Virus record (IMG/VR): IMGVR_UViG_3300028384_000458 | Coordinates: 1 to 56,751 of that record | Length of the DNA stretch: 56,751 nt | Origin: a virus | Lineage: Duplodnaviria > Caudoviricetes | Strand: one strand, 5' to 3' | In this document: positions 18,504 to 28,774 of the stretch, one piece after another | Numbering within the stretch: the first letter of the stretch is position 1 | Layout: each line of letters starts with the position of its first letter | Notes under the pieces: generated by a model | Database searches by the model: none | Told to the model about the DNA's origin: nothing | What the model saw: the letters and a program-made list of their open reading frames with translations, nothing else | Program-made: the position numbers and the translations under genes

Positions 18504-18955
18504 AACGTTGCATCTTCCATACCAGCAACACGTAGTTTAACTACGTTTGTAATTTGCCATTGCTTTTGATCAAGTGCTTTAAGAACACCTAACCATTTGT
18601 TGCGCATTAGTGCAAATTCGTTGATAATCTTTTCGTAATCAACAACGTCTGCCTCACCGTCAACGTATTTTTCAACGTCACGGCTTGACAGAGCTCGTTG
18701 ATAGTTTTCAAGATATTTTTTGAAGTATGAGCTACGCAATCTACGTAGCTCAATGTTTAGATAGTTTAGGATTGCTTCAATCTCTTGTAGTTGATTAAAG
18801 CGATGTTCAACAATGCCTGGCATTGCTGCTGATGCTTTTTCTACATTGCCTACAAGTTTACATTCTTGTTTTGCTTGCGCAAGTTCTGATTCGTAGTGTG
18901 CTACTGCTTGAGGAATCTTACTTACATCACGAGATATCTCGCTATACCAACCCAT
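18500..18955 (-). CDS. uvsY: Recombination mediator UvsY-like
   Basis: Helical protein with YVDGEADV...KALDQKQWQITNVVKLR, downstream of uvsX. Confidence 0.7.
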   Translation of the reverse strand: MGWYSEISRDVSKIPQAVAHYESELAQAKQECKLVGNVEKASAAMPGIVEHRFNQLQEIEAILNYLNIELRRLRSSYFKKYLENYQRALSSRDVEKYVDGEADVVDYEKIINEFALMRNKWLGVLKALDQKQWQITNVVKLRVAGMEDATL

Positions 18956-18958
18956 ATA

Positions 18959-19189
18959 TTAGTCCCAATCTAATTCTTCATCTAAAACATCGTCGTTGTC
19001 AAGGTCAAGATAATAGTTTATAGCATAATCCAATGCACTATCGTTGCCTAAGGATTCTTTAAGTGCTTCGTCAGATACTCCGTAGTCGGCACATAAATCA
19101 ATATACCGTTCAGCGGCCATCTCAATATGTTTTTTATCCAAATACTCTTTAAACATCATCCAAATATCTATGACTTGACTTTCTTCCAT
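18959..19189 (-). CDS. Small acidic hypothetical protein
   Basis: 76-aa ORF between uvsX and uvsY. Confidence 0.6.
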   Translation of the reverse strand: MEESQVIDIWMMFKEYLDKKHIEMAAERYIDLCADYGVSDEALKESLGNDSALDYAINYYLDLDNDDVLDEELDWD

Positions 19190-19192
19190 AAG

Positions 19193-20272
19193 TTACTCCT
19201 CAGTTAGTTCTACGTCAGTTGCTTCTTCGTCAACTTCAGAGGTATTTACCACTGTAGCCTCCCTTTCTAGGTAATCTGACATAACTTTGTCAAGTAACGG
19301 ACCTACCCACTTCTTACGGTATTCAAGAATTTCTTCACCTTCAAGTGTAGTATATTTCAAGCGGTTACCGCTCTTTTCAATTACACCTTTTGCTTCAAAT
19401 AATTCAAGCAAGCCGCTATATGGATTCATACCTGTTTCGTATGGAATCTTAACTTGTACACCTTCAAACGGTTTTGCATAACGAGTTTTCATAACCTTAC
19501 AGCCAGCACGGATACCACGTACTTCGCTGATCTTGTTACCGTCTTCATCTTCTTTTAGTTTCAACTTCTTCATTGCAACTACGATAGATGATGCATAGAT
19601 AAAGCCTTGACCACCTGAAATCTTATCATCTGGATCAAACATATCTTGCGATGCATATGTGTGATTAGTACATACAAGTCCTACATTATGTGAACCAATC
19701 ATGTTAACTGTGTTACGAACAAGTGCTGTCAATGCCTTAGGCTTACGACCCATATCACCTTTCATATCACCTTTGTTAAACTGATCAACATCTGTAGGTG
19801 TTAGCAACATACCTAAACTATCAATAACAAACAATACCTTAGGACGGTCTTCTTCTGGCATTGCTTTATAGTCGTTCATAAACACACTAATAGTTTTAGC
19901 AACGTCATCAATCATTGACATATTAAGTTTAAGTAGTTTTTCTTCGCTTGTGTCCACATCTAGTGCGTGTAACCAAGCCTCGTCAAGTGCATTCTCTGAG
20001 TCAATTAGAACTACAAAGATGCCTTGCTCTTGTGCGTATTTTACAATGTTACCTGCACAGATATATGATTTACCTGCACCAGATTCTCCTGCAAATACTG
20101 TTACCTTACCCATCGGCACGCCTTTATTCCAGTCGCCGCTGATAAGATAGTTGAGTGCATAGTTACCAGTACTAATCCAATCAGTAGGATCGTTAAATCC
20201 TGCACTCATACCTGAAATAGATTTTGTTAACGAAGTTCGAAACTTCGTAGGATCAAATGCTTTTGATGCCAT
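19193..20272 (-). CDS. uvsX: RecA-like recombinase UvsX
   Basis: STGNYALN, GESGAGKS, IDSENA, VIDSLG, TNHTY and SGG. Confidence 0.9.
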   Translation of the reverse strand: MASKAFDPTKFRTSLTKSISGMSAGFNDPTDWISTGNYALNYLISGDWNKGVPMGKVTVFAGESGAGKSYICAGNIVKYAQEQGIFVVLIDSENALDEAWLHALDVDTSEEKLLKLNMSMIDDVAKTISVFMNDYKAMPEEDRPKVLFVIDSLGMLLTPTDVDQFNKGDMKGDMGRKPKALTALVRNTVNMIGSHNVGLVCTNHTYASQDMFDPDDKISGGQGFIYASSIVVAMKKLKLKEDEDGNKISEVRGIRAGCKVMKTRYAKPFEGVQVKIPYETGMNPYSGLLELFEAKGVIEKSGNRLKYTTLEGEEILEYRKKWVGPLLDKVMSDYLEREATVVNTSEVDEEATDVELTEE

Positions 20273-20293
20273 GTTTATCTCCTATCTAAAAAG

Positions 20294-20317
20294 CAAAATG
20301 GGGGATTGCTCCCCCAT
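20294..20317 (-). terminator. Intrinsic terminator after gp32
   Basis: Minus strand ATGGGGGA-GCAA-TCCCCCAT followed by a T-rich tract; GNRA loop. Confidence 0.7.
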
Positions 20318-20323
20318 AATATA

Positions 20324-21316
20324 TTACTGTCCTTGACGTGCGCGGATCATTGCAAGAATGTCTTGCGCATTGCCGCCGTCACCTGCCGGTGCTGCCGCTG
20401 GAGCAGATTCTGCCGCTACTTCTTCGTTAGACTTAAAAGGAACGTCATCTTCTACTGTAGCCGCAGGTGTTGGAGCTGGTGCAGGAGTAGCTGCTTTTGG
20501 AGCAACTGGATCGCCTGTACGTGCTTGCATACCTGCTGGACGGAAGTATTGTCCCCAACGATCCATGTCAAATGCTTCGCCATCTACTGATGCTTCAAAC
20601 ATTTCTTGCATGACCTTAAGTTCTACTTCACCTGGCTTTTTAGGTAGGAAGTCATCTAGATTAAACAAACCGTGTGTGTTAACTGCATTCATTTCTGCAT
20701 CACCTAGTGGACGCTCTCTACGTGCCCAGTTAGATGTTGAATAGTCTGCGTAGCCGCCTTTCGATGTTTTGTTAAGACGGAAGTCAACACCAGCAGTATA
20801 ATCTGTTGGCAATTCTTCCATGTCAGGATCCATAAGAGCCTGTTTAATAATCTGGAAGATTTGAGGACCAATAATAAAACGTCGGATTGGATTTTCCGGA
20901 GTAGTGTCCTCTTGTAGTGGGTTATCCGTTACAAAGCCTTGGAAGATATAAGAACGCTTCTTCCAGTACTTACGACCCATATCTTCTAGACTTGGATCTT
21001 TAAACCAGCCACGCACTTCATTAAGAATGTTACATGTCTCGCCATACATTTCCATACATGGAATTTGTACTTGCACTGGACGTGAATCTGTTTCGCCTTT
21101 AATACCAGCAAATGGAAGTTTGATAACCAAACGCTCTTTCCAGAAGAAAGTGTTATCTGCGTTGCCATCAGGAAGGAAACGTAGAGTTGCACTCTCGCCT
21201 TCTTTAATATTCCAAAATGGGTAAATGCTGTTATCACCACCGCCTGACTGACGGTTGCCTGAAGCGCCTGCTTCTTGTTCTTTGAGCTTTGCTCGGATTT
21301 CTGCTAATGATGCCAT
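20324..21316 (-). CDS. gp32: Single-stranded DNA-binding protein, T4 gp32-like
   Basis: LRFLP, YWKKRSY, DFRLNKT and YADYSTS; acidic flexible tail; AGGAGG SD. Confidence 0.82.
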   Translation of the reverse strand: MASLAEIRAKLKEQEAGASGNRQSGGGDNSIYPFWNIKEGESATLRFLPDGNADNTFFWKERLVIKLPFAGIKGETDSRPVQVQIPCMEMYGETCNILNEVRGWFKDPSLEDMGRKYWKKRSYIFQGFVTDNPLQEDTTPENPIRRFIIGPQIFQIIKQALMDPDMEELPTDYTAGVDFRLNKTSKGGYADYSTSNWARRERPLGDAEMNAVNTHGLFNLDDFLPKKPGEVELKVMQEMFEASVDGEAFDMDRWGQYFRPAGMQARTGDPVAPKAATPAPAPTPAATVEDDVPFKSNEEVAAESAPAAAPAGDGGNAQDILAMIRARQGQ

Positions 21317-21375
21317 AGTTATGCCTCCTAATTGTTTTGCCTATGTCAGTGCCTTTATTTTGTAGCACAGTGTAT

Positions 21376-21404
21376 AATATACACTAAGCTACTTAGCGTG
21401 TCAA
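21376..21404 (-). promoter_or_regulatory. sigma70-type promoter TTGACA-N17-TATATT for gp32
   Basis: Minus strand TTGACA (21404-21399) and TATATT (21381-21376); AT tract upstream. Confidence 0.7.
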
Positions 21405-21452
21405 GTTATTTTTTAAAAAAACTTGAAAAAAATCAAAGTAGTTAGCCAATCT

Positions 21453-23216
21453 TTACAGACCGGCTAACTTTAATAAGTCATCTTTTTCGATTGTGATCTT
21501 TTCATCGTCTGGACCATCAATCTCGTCGCCTTTTTTAGCGCCATTCATTTTTGCCTTGCGTACAGCGTGTGCATATGCGTTGCCTTCAGAGAACGAAGCA
21601 TATGTTTGGTTTACTTGTTCAATAAATGCCTTTGCAGGTTCTATGAACTGCTCGCCGTAGTCTTTTTCAATTGCTGTTAATACTGCTGTTTCGCCTTTTG
21701 GAAATTGTCCTGTTTCTCTATCAAATAGTGAAAGAATAAATTCTGCAATAGGTGTTTGTGGTTTATCTACACCTTCACTTGTCTTTTTGCGACACGAACC
21801 CTTTTCGCCTCTTTTCTTGCCTGGTACTCTTTCATATCCGTCCCAGCACTGGTCATACATACTGTCGTTGCCGTGACGTTCACCTTCTGCAAATTGACCC
21901 ATTAGTTCATCAATTGCTTCTTCAAAATCTTCATCAGTAGTTCCGCTACGTGTTGTTAAGCCGCCTTTTAGATCTTGATAAATGTCTTGTAGTTCGTTGT
22001 GATGCTTGTGTCCAAAGCCGCTTTTTCTAATGTGATTATACATACACACACGAGGATCATTTAAACAACCGCTTTCAATTTCAGCAATCTCACTACGATC
22101 CATACCGTTGTCTGACATAATTTTACGCATTAGTTCAAGTTCGCCTTCGTACTTTTGCATACGTTCTTGACGACCTTTTTTGAAGTCTGCAATTTTACTT
22201 TTTGCCCAATCAATTGGACCTTCTGCTAAATCATCTGGACCGAGCTCTTTTGCACGAGTTGCTTCGCCTACTAGTTTGTATACAAATGGAAATACATCTT
22301 TTAGGTCTTCGTTAAACTGTCGGATAGTTAATTCGTCAATCCAATTTTCTGCAACGTCTGCAGGTACATCTTCCATTACAGGCACTTCATACGACTCAAA
22401 TGCTTGCTTGTAGTATGATTCTTTTTGTAGTCCTGCAACAGTCTTTTTAATTGTATCTAGTCTTTCAACAACAGCATCCATATAGCCTGCTAAACTTTCT
22501 GCCATTACGCTTGAGCGATTCATATAAGTTTTGAATTTGCGTAAGTTAGCTAGTTCTTCTGATAGTCCAGTAATGTGTTTACCAAAGTCGTCATATGGTG
22601 TACCACCTTCTGCTACGTGACGTGCCATTGCACGAGCGCCATTTAAATGTTTGAACGGATATTTAAATCTTTCACCATCTGCATTTTCTACATAGATAGC
22701 ACCAATCTTTTGTGTTCTACCGCTTGCTAATTCTTGGTTTACACTTTCGGTGTGCTTAATGCTTAATCTTGCGTTACCAATATTTTGATAACTCATCTTA
22801 CTTGTGCCGTACATTTTAGACTCGCTCATTGTCTGTTCTCCGCCCTGTTGCTGTGCTAGGAATTTATAATCTCTTTTGTCTAGATTTGATTTAGTAATAT
22901 CTCTTGTGTCAAACTGTAATAATCTCTTTTTAGCAAATACACGTAACTCTTTTAAAAAGTTATACCAGTTTTGTCTAGTGATCGAATCTTCGTCTTCTAC
23001 AAAACTATTGCTATACATAACAGCAAGTTTATCTTCACTAACACTAATACTTACTTTACCAATGTTGCGATCGCCTTCTTTATAATCAAAATCAAAGAAA
23101 CGAGCTGTTAACGGGTCGTTAGTTACTTTTCCATCTGCATCGCCAATAGTGACGCTAGGAAAACGTCCTCTAATTTTGTTAAATAGATCTTCTGATATAT
23201 TGTCTAGACTCTTCAT
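21453..23216 (-). CDS. Large hypothetical protein, probably head-associated
   Basis: Late promoter GATAAATA 5 nt before Met at 23216; follows terminase; modular acidic C-terminus ending LLKLAGL. Confidence 0.55.
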   Translation of the reverse strand: MKSLDNISEDLFNKIRGRFPSVTIGDADGKVTNDPLTARFFDFDYKEGDRNIGKVSISVSEDKLAVMYSNSFVEDEDSITRQNWYNFLKELRVFAKKRLLQFDTRDITKSNLDKRDYKFLAQQQGGEQTMSESKMYGTSKMSYQNIGNARLSIKHTESVNQELASGRTQKIGAIYVENADGERFKYPFKHLNGARAMARHVAEGGTPYDDFGKHITGLSEELANLRKFKTYMNRSSVMAESLAGYMDAVVERLDTIKKTVAGLQKESYYKQAFESYEVPVMEDVPADVAENWIDELTIRQFNEDLKDVFPFVYKLVGEATRAKELGPDDLAEGPIDWAKSKIADFKKGRQERMQKYEGELELMRKIMSDNGMDRSEIAEIESGCLNDPRVCMYNHIRKSGFGHKHHNELQDIYQDLKGGLTTRSGTTDEDFEEAIDELMGQFAEGERHGNDSMYDQCWDGYERVPGKKRGEKGSCRKKTSEGVDKPQTPIAEFILSLFDRETGQFPKGETAVLTAIEKDYGEQFIEPAKAFIEQVNQTYASFSEGNAYAHAVRKAKMNGAKKGDEIDGPDDEKITIEKDDLLKLAGL

Positions 23217-23227
23217 AGTATTATTTA

Positions 23228-24808
23228 TCAATAGTTGCTGCTAATAAAGATCGGCATTGGTGGCTCGTAATCTTCGTCGTGTTCTGCTTGGTTAAACGAA
23301 TCGTATATTCTAGGATCCCAATCTTTTAATACTGCCATCATTCTAATAGCAAGTAGTGTTGCACTAACTAAGTCGTCAGTTAGTCCAACTTTTGCTTGAA
23401 AACTTGACCCGGTTGCAACATAACCTTTGAGTTCAGTAATAAAAGGTTTTGAATGTATAGTCATTTTATCATTTTCAATCATAGTTTTTAAACGACTACA
23501 CGCAGTAACCTTTGTACTATGCGTAGTGTTGAATCCTTTGCGGAACTTACGAACGTGTCCCTTGCGGATAGGCTCACTGACGAACAAACCCGGAATGTTC
23601 TCTTCTCCAAAATCGTTTATAACGATTAGGGCAGCCTCGCCTAGTCCATTGTTCTCCACGCTCCAGTAAACTCCTTGCGGGTTTTTAGTTTCATCTGCAA
23701 TGTATCTACAGATATCTGCAAGTACTCTAATTTGTCCGGGTATTGCAGTTTGATTGTGTTGCCACTCTGCTACTTGTTCATAAGTAGGTAATTCAAAGAC
23801 TTGTATAGCAGCATTATCGCCGCCTGTTCCCATACTAGGATCGAGTGCTATTGCATACGTATATTGACTGCTAGGTTTTTTATACCAGCGTGTTTGTCCC
23901 ATATTGAGAATAGGCGTCTTACCTTCCATTACTGCCAGCTTGATTGAATTAATTAGTGTTTCATCAAATACTAAGAATTCACAGCCGTACTCTCGACGAA
24001 ACTTTTCTTCGCCAATGCGTCCAATTTCTTCTTCTCTCCATTTTTCGTCACGATCCGGATGTTCGCTCCAGTGTGCTACAAAAGAACGAAAACCGTTAAT
24101 ACCTAGTTCGCTTTCATTACCGTGTGCATCAAAACGTTGCTCTGCTTGTTTCCAGATGGTAGCAAATGTATCTTCGTCTGAGTTTGGTGTACTTGTAATA
24201 ATTGCTTGACCACCAGTTGCTAGTGTAGGTGATATTGAAGTCCAAAACTCTTCAGCAATGTTAGGCTGCACGAACGCAAACTCGTCACAGTATAATAGCG
24301 AGATAGACATACCACGTCCTGTGTTGCCTGTTGTTGTTTGTGCTACAATACGTGATCCGTTTTCAAATTCAATTGATTGTTTGTTATATGATGTAACACC
24401 TGCTCTAATATGGTCCGGACACGACTCGTATACATAACGAATACGTGCCATAATCTCTTGCGCACCTGTATATTTGTGTGCTGCTACAAGAATGGTTTGG
24501 TCTGGATTAAACATTGCATACCAAGCAAGATAGATAGCAGCACAAGTGGTCTTGCCTGTCTGTCTAGGCATCATATTAATGTTAAATCGATAGTTATGGT
24601 ATGTTTCCATTAAGCCTAACTGATATTCAAACGGATCAAACAACAACTTACCTTTTACAGGATGCTGTATGTATGCAAAGTTACGTGCAAAATACAAATA
24701 GCCATCCTTAGGATCCATGCATTTTGCAATCTCTTCAATTTGATCGTTTGTAAATGTTTCTTGTTTATTGGCTTTTTTAATTAATACGCCGTCTAATGAT
24801 GCTGCCAT
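23228..24808 (-). CDS. gp17: Terminase large subunit (T4 gp17-like)
   Basis: PRQTGKT Walker A, YCDEFAF Walker B, TSTPN, LDPSMGTG, VENN and DDLV nuclease motifs. Confidence 0.93.
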   Translation of the reverse strand: MAASLDGVLIKKANKQETFTNDQIEEIAKCMDPKDGYLYFARNFAYIQHPVKGKLLFDPFEYQLGLMETYHNYRFNINMMPRQTGKTTCAAIYLAWYAMFNPDQTILVAAHKYTGAQEIMARIRYVYESCPDHIRAGVTSYNKQSIEFENGSRIVAQTTTGNTGRGMSISLLYCDEFAFVQPNIAEEFWTSISPTLATGGQAIITSTPNSDEDTFATIWKQAEQRFDAHGNESELGINGFRSFVAHWSEHPDRDEKWREEEIGRIGEEKFRREYGCEFLVFDETLINSIKLAVMEGKTPILNMGQTRWYKKPSSQYTYAIALDPSMGTGGDNAAIQVFELPTYEQVAEWQHNQTAIPGQIRVLADICRYIADETKNPQGVYWSVENNGLGEAALIVINDFGEENIPGLFVSEPIRKGHVRKFRKGFNTTHSTKVTACSRLKTMIENDKMTIHSKPFITELKGYVATGSSFQAKVGLTDDLVSATLLAIRMMAVLKDWDPRIYDSFNQAEHDEDYEPPMPIFISSNY

Positions 24809-24822
24809 ACAAATATTTATTC

Positions 24823-24850
24823 AAAAAAATAGGGCCCGTAGGCCCTATTT
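24823..24850 (-). terminator. Intrinsic terminator
   Basis: Minus strand AAATAGGGCC-TACG-GGCCCTATTTTTTT with a UNCG loop. Confidence 0.8.
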
Positions 24851-24869
24851 GGTGCATCCCTGTATGCAA

Positions 24870-25523
24870 TTATTTTTTGTTTTTCTTTTCGTCTTTTGAT
24901 GCGTGTACTGCTTTACGCTGTGCATCGTTAGCATACTTTTCTTCAAGTGCTTGTAGAAGTTGTTCTTTGATAGAACGTGTTAATTCTTCTGCTTCTACTG
25001 CCATTGGATTATCGCCATCCTGCGTAGCTTTGTACGCTTTCTTTTCTCTGTTAATCCCACCTGACAGATCTTTAGTCATTGTTTTTGTATCGGCGTATTC
25101 TTCTTCAGGACTATTGTCCCACTCTTCTTCAACATCATCGTCCATCATTTTTGGTCCGTCTGTTGAAATTTTCATCATCTTTTTCATGTCGCCCATTTCA
25201 GCATCGTGTGGATCTGGTAATGCTTTTGGTGCTGGCATTGGTAATTTAACAGGTGCTTCCTGAGGAGTCATTGCGCCGCCCATTAGTTTGATAAGATCTT
25301 CTACAGCATCGCCACGTGCATTAAGTGTAACATTCATTGACATTTTGTCTTCTGGCTCTGACATTGCTGGTGGTTGCATTGGCATCTCATCCATTCCGCA
25401 TTCTTCAACTTGCTGAATAGACTCTAAAATAGCCTTCATATCGTTCACGTTTGCTGCACCAGCTGCTGGCTTTTCGCCTGCTGCTGCTGCATCCATATTT
25501 TCTAAGATCTTTTTCATATCCAT
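24870..25523 (-). CDS. Acidic hypothetical protein (head scaffold/core-like)
   Basis: E/D/M/P-rich 217-aa ORF in the packaging cluster. Confidence 0.5.
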   Translation of the reverse strand: MDMKKILENMDAAAAGEKPAAGAANVNDMKAILESIQQVEECGMDEMPMQPPAMSEPEDKMSMNVTLNARGDAVEDLIKLMGGAMTPQEAPVKLPMPAPKALPDPHDAEMGDMKKMMKISTDGPKMMDDDVEEEWDNSPEEEYADTKTMTKDLSGGINREKKAYKATQDGDNPMAVEAEELTRSIKEQLLQALEEKYANDAQRKAVHASKDEKKNKK

Positions 25524-25527
25524 TGTA

Positions 25528-26085
25528 TTAGCCTCCTACGACCGATTTGCTGTTTTCTGATTCATCAATATCTTTAGACTCGCCTGTTGGAGTGCCTGCA
25601 ATTGGATCAATTTCACGTTCTTTACGAGCAACTTCTAATTCTTTTAACAAGTCCATTACACGGTTGCCTGCTACACTTTCTTGTGCGCTTTCGCCGCCCA
25701 TATCTTCTGTGTTAAGCATTGCTTCGTATGGCTCGTTTTCTTTTTCTTCTTGGTATTCTTCTTGTGGTGCAAGTGGGTCACGTACAATAATGTTGCTTTG
25801 CGGGATATTACAACATTTGCCTAAGTACTCTTGTAATACTTGCACTGTAGTTGGGTATGTAACTTCTGCTTCAAAGTAAGTTACGTCAATGTTTTCTAAC
25901 TGTGGAAAATCTAGTGGACGCTTTGAAATAGGTACTCTTTTACCGTCAGTAACTTTTACTACACCGTATTTTCCTAGTGCAGATTCTAAACCTGCTTTGC
26001 AATCAGTTGCATAGTCACCTGCTACACCAATTTTAAAATCATAAGTCTTTTTAGACTCTGTTAAATATTGTGAAAAACTTTTCAT
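25528..26085 (-). CDS. Hypothetical virion (head) protein
   Basis: N-terminal MKSFSQYLTES resembles T4 internal-protein capsid-targeting peptides; late promoter at 26107-26114. Confidence 0.5.
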   Translation of the reverse strand: MKSFSQYLTESKKTYDFKIGVAGDYATDCKAGLESALGKYGVVKVTDGKRVPISKRPLDFPQLENIDVTYFEAEVTYPTTVQVLQEYLGKCCNIPQSNIIVRDPLAPQEEYQEEKENEPYEAMLNTEDMGGESAQESVAGNRVMDLLKELEVARKEREIDPIAGTPTGESKDIDESENSKSVVGG

Positions 26086-26105
26086 ATCATTATTCCCGCT
26101 TTGTA

Positions 26106-26609
26106 TTATTTATCTATATTCTTTAGTTTCTCTAGTAAACTATTACGGTCAGTAACTACGTAACCTTCGCCGTTTACAATGTTACCATCACCGCCTGGTG
26201 CATTATCTTTGTCTAATTTTTCTTTTTTAAGTTGCAGTTCAATCATTTTTAATTTTTTATCCATCTTTGCAACTTTAGCATCTAAACTAGTTTTAAGCAT
26301 TCCGCCAGCAACTTCAAATACTCTACCGCTATAACGACTTTCAACATTCATTCCTAAATCCATTAGATCTTCATAAGCGTCTAGTGCTTTTTGAGCAATG
26401 TCTTCAAGTTCTGCATCTGCTTTTTCGCCTAAGCCTTTTACTCTTGGTAGCGCACTGGCAATTTTGTCAAGCTCTTGTATATCACGCTGAGTTTCTTCTG
26501 CTTCAACAATAGCAGTTTGTTTTTTAGTTTTTTTATCTTCTGCTTTTGCTTCGTCTACAATTTCTTTAGAGTCTGGCAAATTTAAAAGTTCTTCTAGTTT
26601 TTTAGTCAT
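26106..26609 (-). CDS. Probable terminase small subunit (gp16-like)
   Basis: Helical protein with RVFEVAGGMLK and C-terminal VVTDRNSLL; near terL. Confidence 0.55.
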   Translation of the reverse strand: MTKKLEELLNLPDSKEIVDEAKAEDKKTKKQTAIVEAEETQRDIQELDKIASALPRVKGLGEKADAELEDIAQKALDAYEDLMDLGMNVESRYSGRVFEVAGGMLKTSLDAKVAKMDKKLKMIELQLKKEKLDKDNAPGGDGNIVNGEGYVVTDRNSLLEKLKNIDK

Positions 26610-26638
26610 TATTTTATACCATTATATGCTACTATTAT

Positions 26639-27079
26639 TTATCGTCTTTTGCCGCCTTGATGGAATATGTCGTTTTCTGTTATTACTCTAAACGTAATTC
26701 CTTTTTGCTTGCAAAATGCATATGCTGCGGCCCACTTGGCCTGATTGACAATATAACTTGCTTGATTTACTCGACTGCGTCCTACTTTTTCTTTTATTGC
26801 TTGATTAGCTGGTTTAACTTCAATAAGTTCTACACGCTGCTTACCGCCTCTGTCTGCGTATGCAATAAAGAAGTCAGGAACATAAATTGTGTGTTTTCCA
26901 GTTAAAGGATTTTTATAAGGAATGCGTATGCTTTCACTTGCCCACTTTTCTACACTAGGATGTTCGTCGCAAAATTTCATAAAATGGAATTCCCAACTTG
27001 ATCTATAAGTTGGTGACTTAGTACCTATATACTTCTCAGGAAACTTAGGTGTAAACTTCCCTTGAGCAAATCTAGCCAT
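26639..27079 (-). CDS. gp4: Head completion nuclease, T4 gp4-like (TnsA-type PD-(D/E)xK)
   Basis: YRSSWE, WASE, YVPDF, IEVKP and NQAKW. Confidence 0.85.
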   Translation of the reverse strand: MARFAQGKFTPKFPEKYIGTKSPTYRSSWEFHFMKFCDEHPSVEKWASESIRIPYKNPLTGKHTIYVPDFFIAYADRGGKQRVELIEVKPANQAIKEKVGRSRVNQASYIVNQAKWAAAYAFCKQKGITFRVITENDIFHQGGKRR

Positions 27080-27080
27080 A

Positions 27081-27449
27081 TCACGCTACAATATTTCTTT
27101 TTTCAATTTTATCAGCAGATTCAGTTCTTTTATAACCCAGTGTGCTTGTTTTTGGTCTATTATAGTTTAATACTTCTGTTACGATGGCACTTAGCTGAAC
27201 TTCGTCTAAACCTTTTAGTGTGTCTAGTAACTGAAAAACATTTACACTATCTATCTTTGCTTGCTGAAGAAGTGTACTTGCAACACTAATTGCTGCTGTT
27301 TTATCAAATCCTCTTTTGGTAAAGAATGCAACAACTGCGTCAACTTGGTTAGTTGGAAAACTTAATTCTTTTGAAAAATATGTATTAAAAAATTTAGTAA
27401 CACCTTTATCACTAAAATTGCTAGGGGTTTCTTTTGGTAAATTTGACAT
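27081..27449 (-). CDS. Hypothetical protein
   Basis: 122-aa ORF in the structural operon with GAGG SD. Confidence 0.6.
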   Translation of the reverse strand: MSNLPKETPSNFSDKGVTKFFNTYFSKELSFPTNQVDAVVAFFTKRGFDKTAAISVASTLLQQAKIDSVNVFQLLDTLKGLDEVQLSAIVTEVLNYNRPKTSTLGYKRTESADKIEKRNIVA

Positions 27450-27461
27450 TATACTTCCTCG

Positions 27462-28739
27462 TTAATCGTACTGTGATTTTGCTGCACTTGACAGAGCATC
27501 GTAACTTACTCTTGCTCCGTTAATGCCCCCAGTACCCCCATTGGCTTGATATTGTTTTTGAAAGTTTTGGAACCTAGCATCGTCAATTGATTGCGGATTT
27601 GTATCGCCTGTGCTAGTTGACGTACTAGAACTAGATGTATTTGCAAGTGCAGAAAGCCCTGCAACTGCTGCTGTTGCAACTAGTAGATCTTTGCCTCCGC
27701 CGTTTCCGCTACTCTTAGGAAAGAACGTTTGATTAACTCCGCTTACATCAATCCCTGCTACACTGCCTATAGCATTAGTAAGTAAACTTAGCCCACCCTG
27801 ACGTAGGCCGTCTGTTCCGTTATCACGTACACTATTGAATAAATTAACTGCTGCAATGCCTGCTTCTAATGGATTACTAAAGTTTTTGCCCTGTGTAATA
27901 TATTCGTATAAGTCTAATCCTACACCAAATTGTTGGTCAATTCCTAGTTGTCCTCCACCTAAAGGACTTATTGGACTAGGTGTTCTGTCGTAGTGATCTG
28001 ATTTACCAAATCCTGCTGGATCTCCGTTTTCGCCGGCATCAACATGCCCTCTATCATAAAACACTGTGTCGTACTGTACAGTCATTCTGTTTTCAAGAGC
28101 GTTACTTGAACTATTATCTACAGTATCATGCTGCCAATCAGTTACAATAGGGTTAACAAGTGTATACTTTGTGTAGCTCTTACGGGCTAACTGTGCAATT
28201 TCAATCCTATCAAAAAACGGCACGTTTGGTATATTGTTATCCATACCAAACTTAAATGTGTTAGTGCCAGGGCCATCGTATAATGTATCTCCTGTGCGTC
28301 TATTGCCATATGCACCGTCATTAAGTGTATGATGCCCATCATTAAAATAATATCTGTAATATGCTTCCATAAGTGCTGTAGTAGCACCATAATTGTCATC
28401 ATGGAATGTAAGACTTACAGGTTGATAGTTTAATTTTGTTTGTACGTTCTTTTTACGATTGTATTTGTTCTTAGTTTCAACATCTGCAGAAAATTTAGGT
28501 AAGTCTGCACTTTTAACAAGCATACCGATTTCGTGCTTATATTGATCAACTTCCGGAATAATTGCTTTAGCTTGTTCTGTTAAGTAAAACGTTACATGAT
28601 ATAGAAACGATACCTTAGGTGCATGTTTCTGAGTGTCAGTAACATACAGACGAGAGGCATGTTGCCAATCTGCCATATTGCCTTTAGGACTTAAAATTCC
28701 ATTTGCAACGTTGTCTAAGAATCCATTGAACTTACTCAT
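27462..28739 (-). CDS. Tail-tube-fold baseplate protein (gp19/gp48/gp54-like)
   Basis: VKSADLPKF...YQPVSLTFHDD...LVNP...TVQYD tube-fold pattern; adjacent to the tail tube gene. Confidence 0.55.
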   Translation of the reverse strand: MSKFNGFLDNVANGILSPKGNMADWQHASRLYVTDTQKHAPKVSFLYHVTFYLTEQAKAIIPEVDQYKHEIGMLVKSADLPKFSADVETKNKYNRKKNVQTKLNYQPVSLTFHDDNYGATTALMEAYYRYYFNDGHHTLNDGAYGNRRTGDTLYDGPGTNTFKFGMDNNIPNVPFFDRIEIAQLARKSYTKYTLVNPIVTDWQHDTVDNSSSNALENRMTVQYDTVFYDRGHVDAGENGDPAGFGKSDHYDRTPSPISPLGGGQLGIDQQFGVGLDLYEYITQGKNFSNPLEAGIAAVNLFNSVRDNGTDGLRQGGLSLLTNAIGSVAGIDVSGVNQTFFPKSSGNGGGKDLLVATAAVAGLSALANTSSSSTSTSTGDTNPQSIDDARFQNFQKQYQANGGTGGINGARVSYDALSSAAKSQYD

Positions 28740-28774
28740 AATAATATTTATCTTTAGAAATTAACTACGTATAT

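Noticed and set aside
26639-27079. TnsA-like nuclease as a sign of a Tn7-type transposon
   Set aside because: Motifs and position match the T4 gp4 head-completion protein; no TnsB/TnsC genes or transposon ends were seen.
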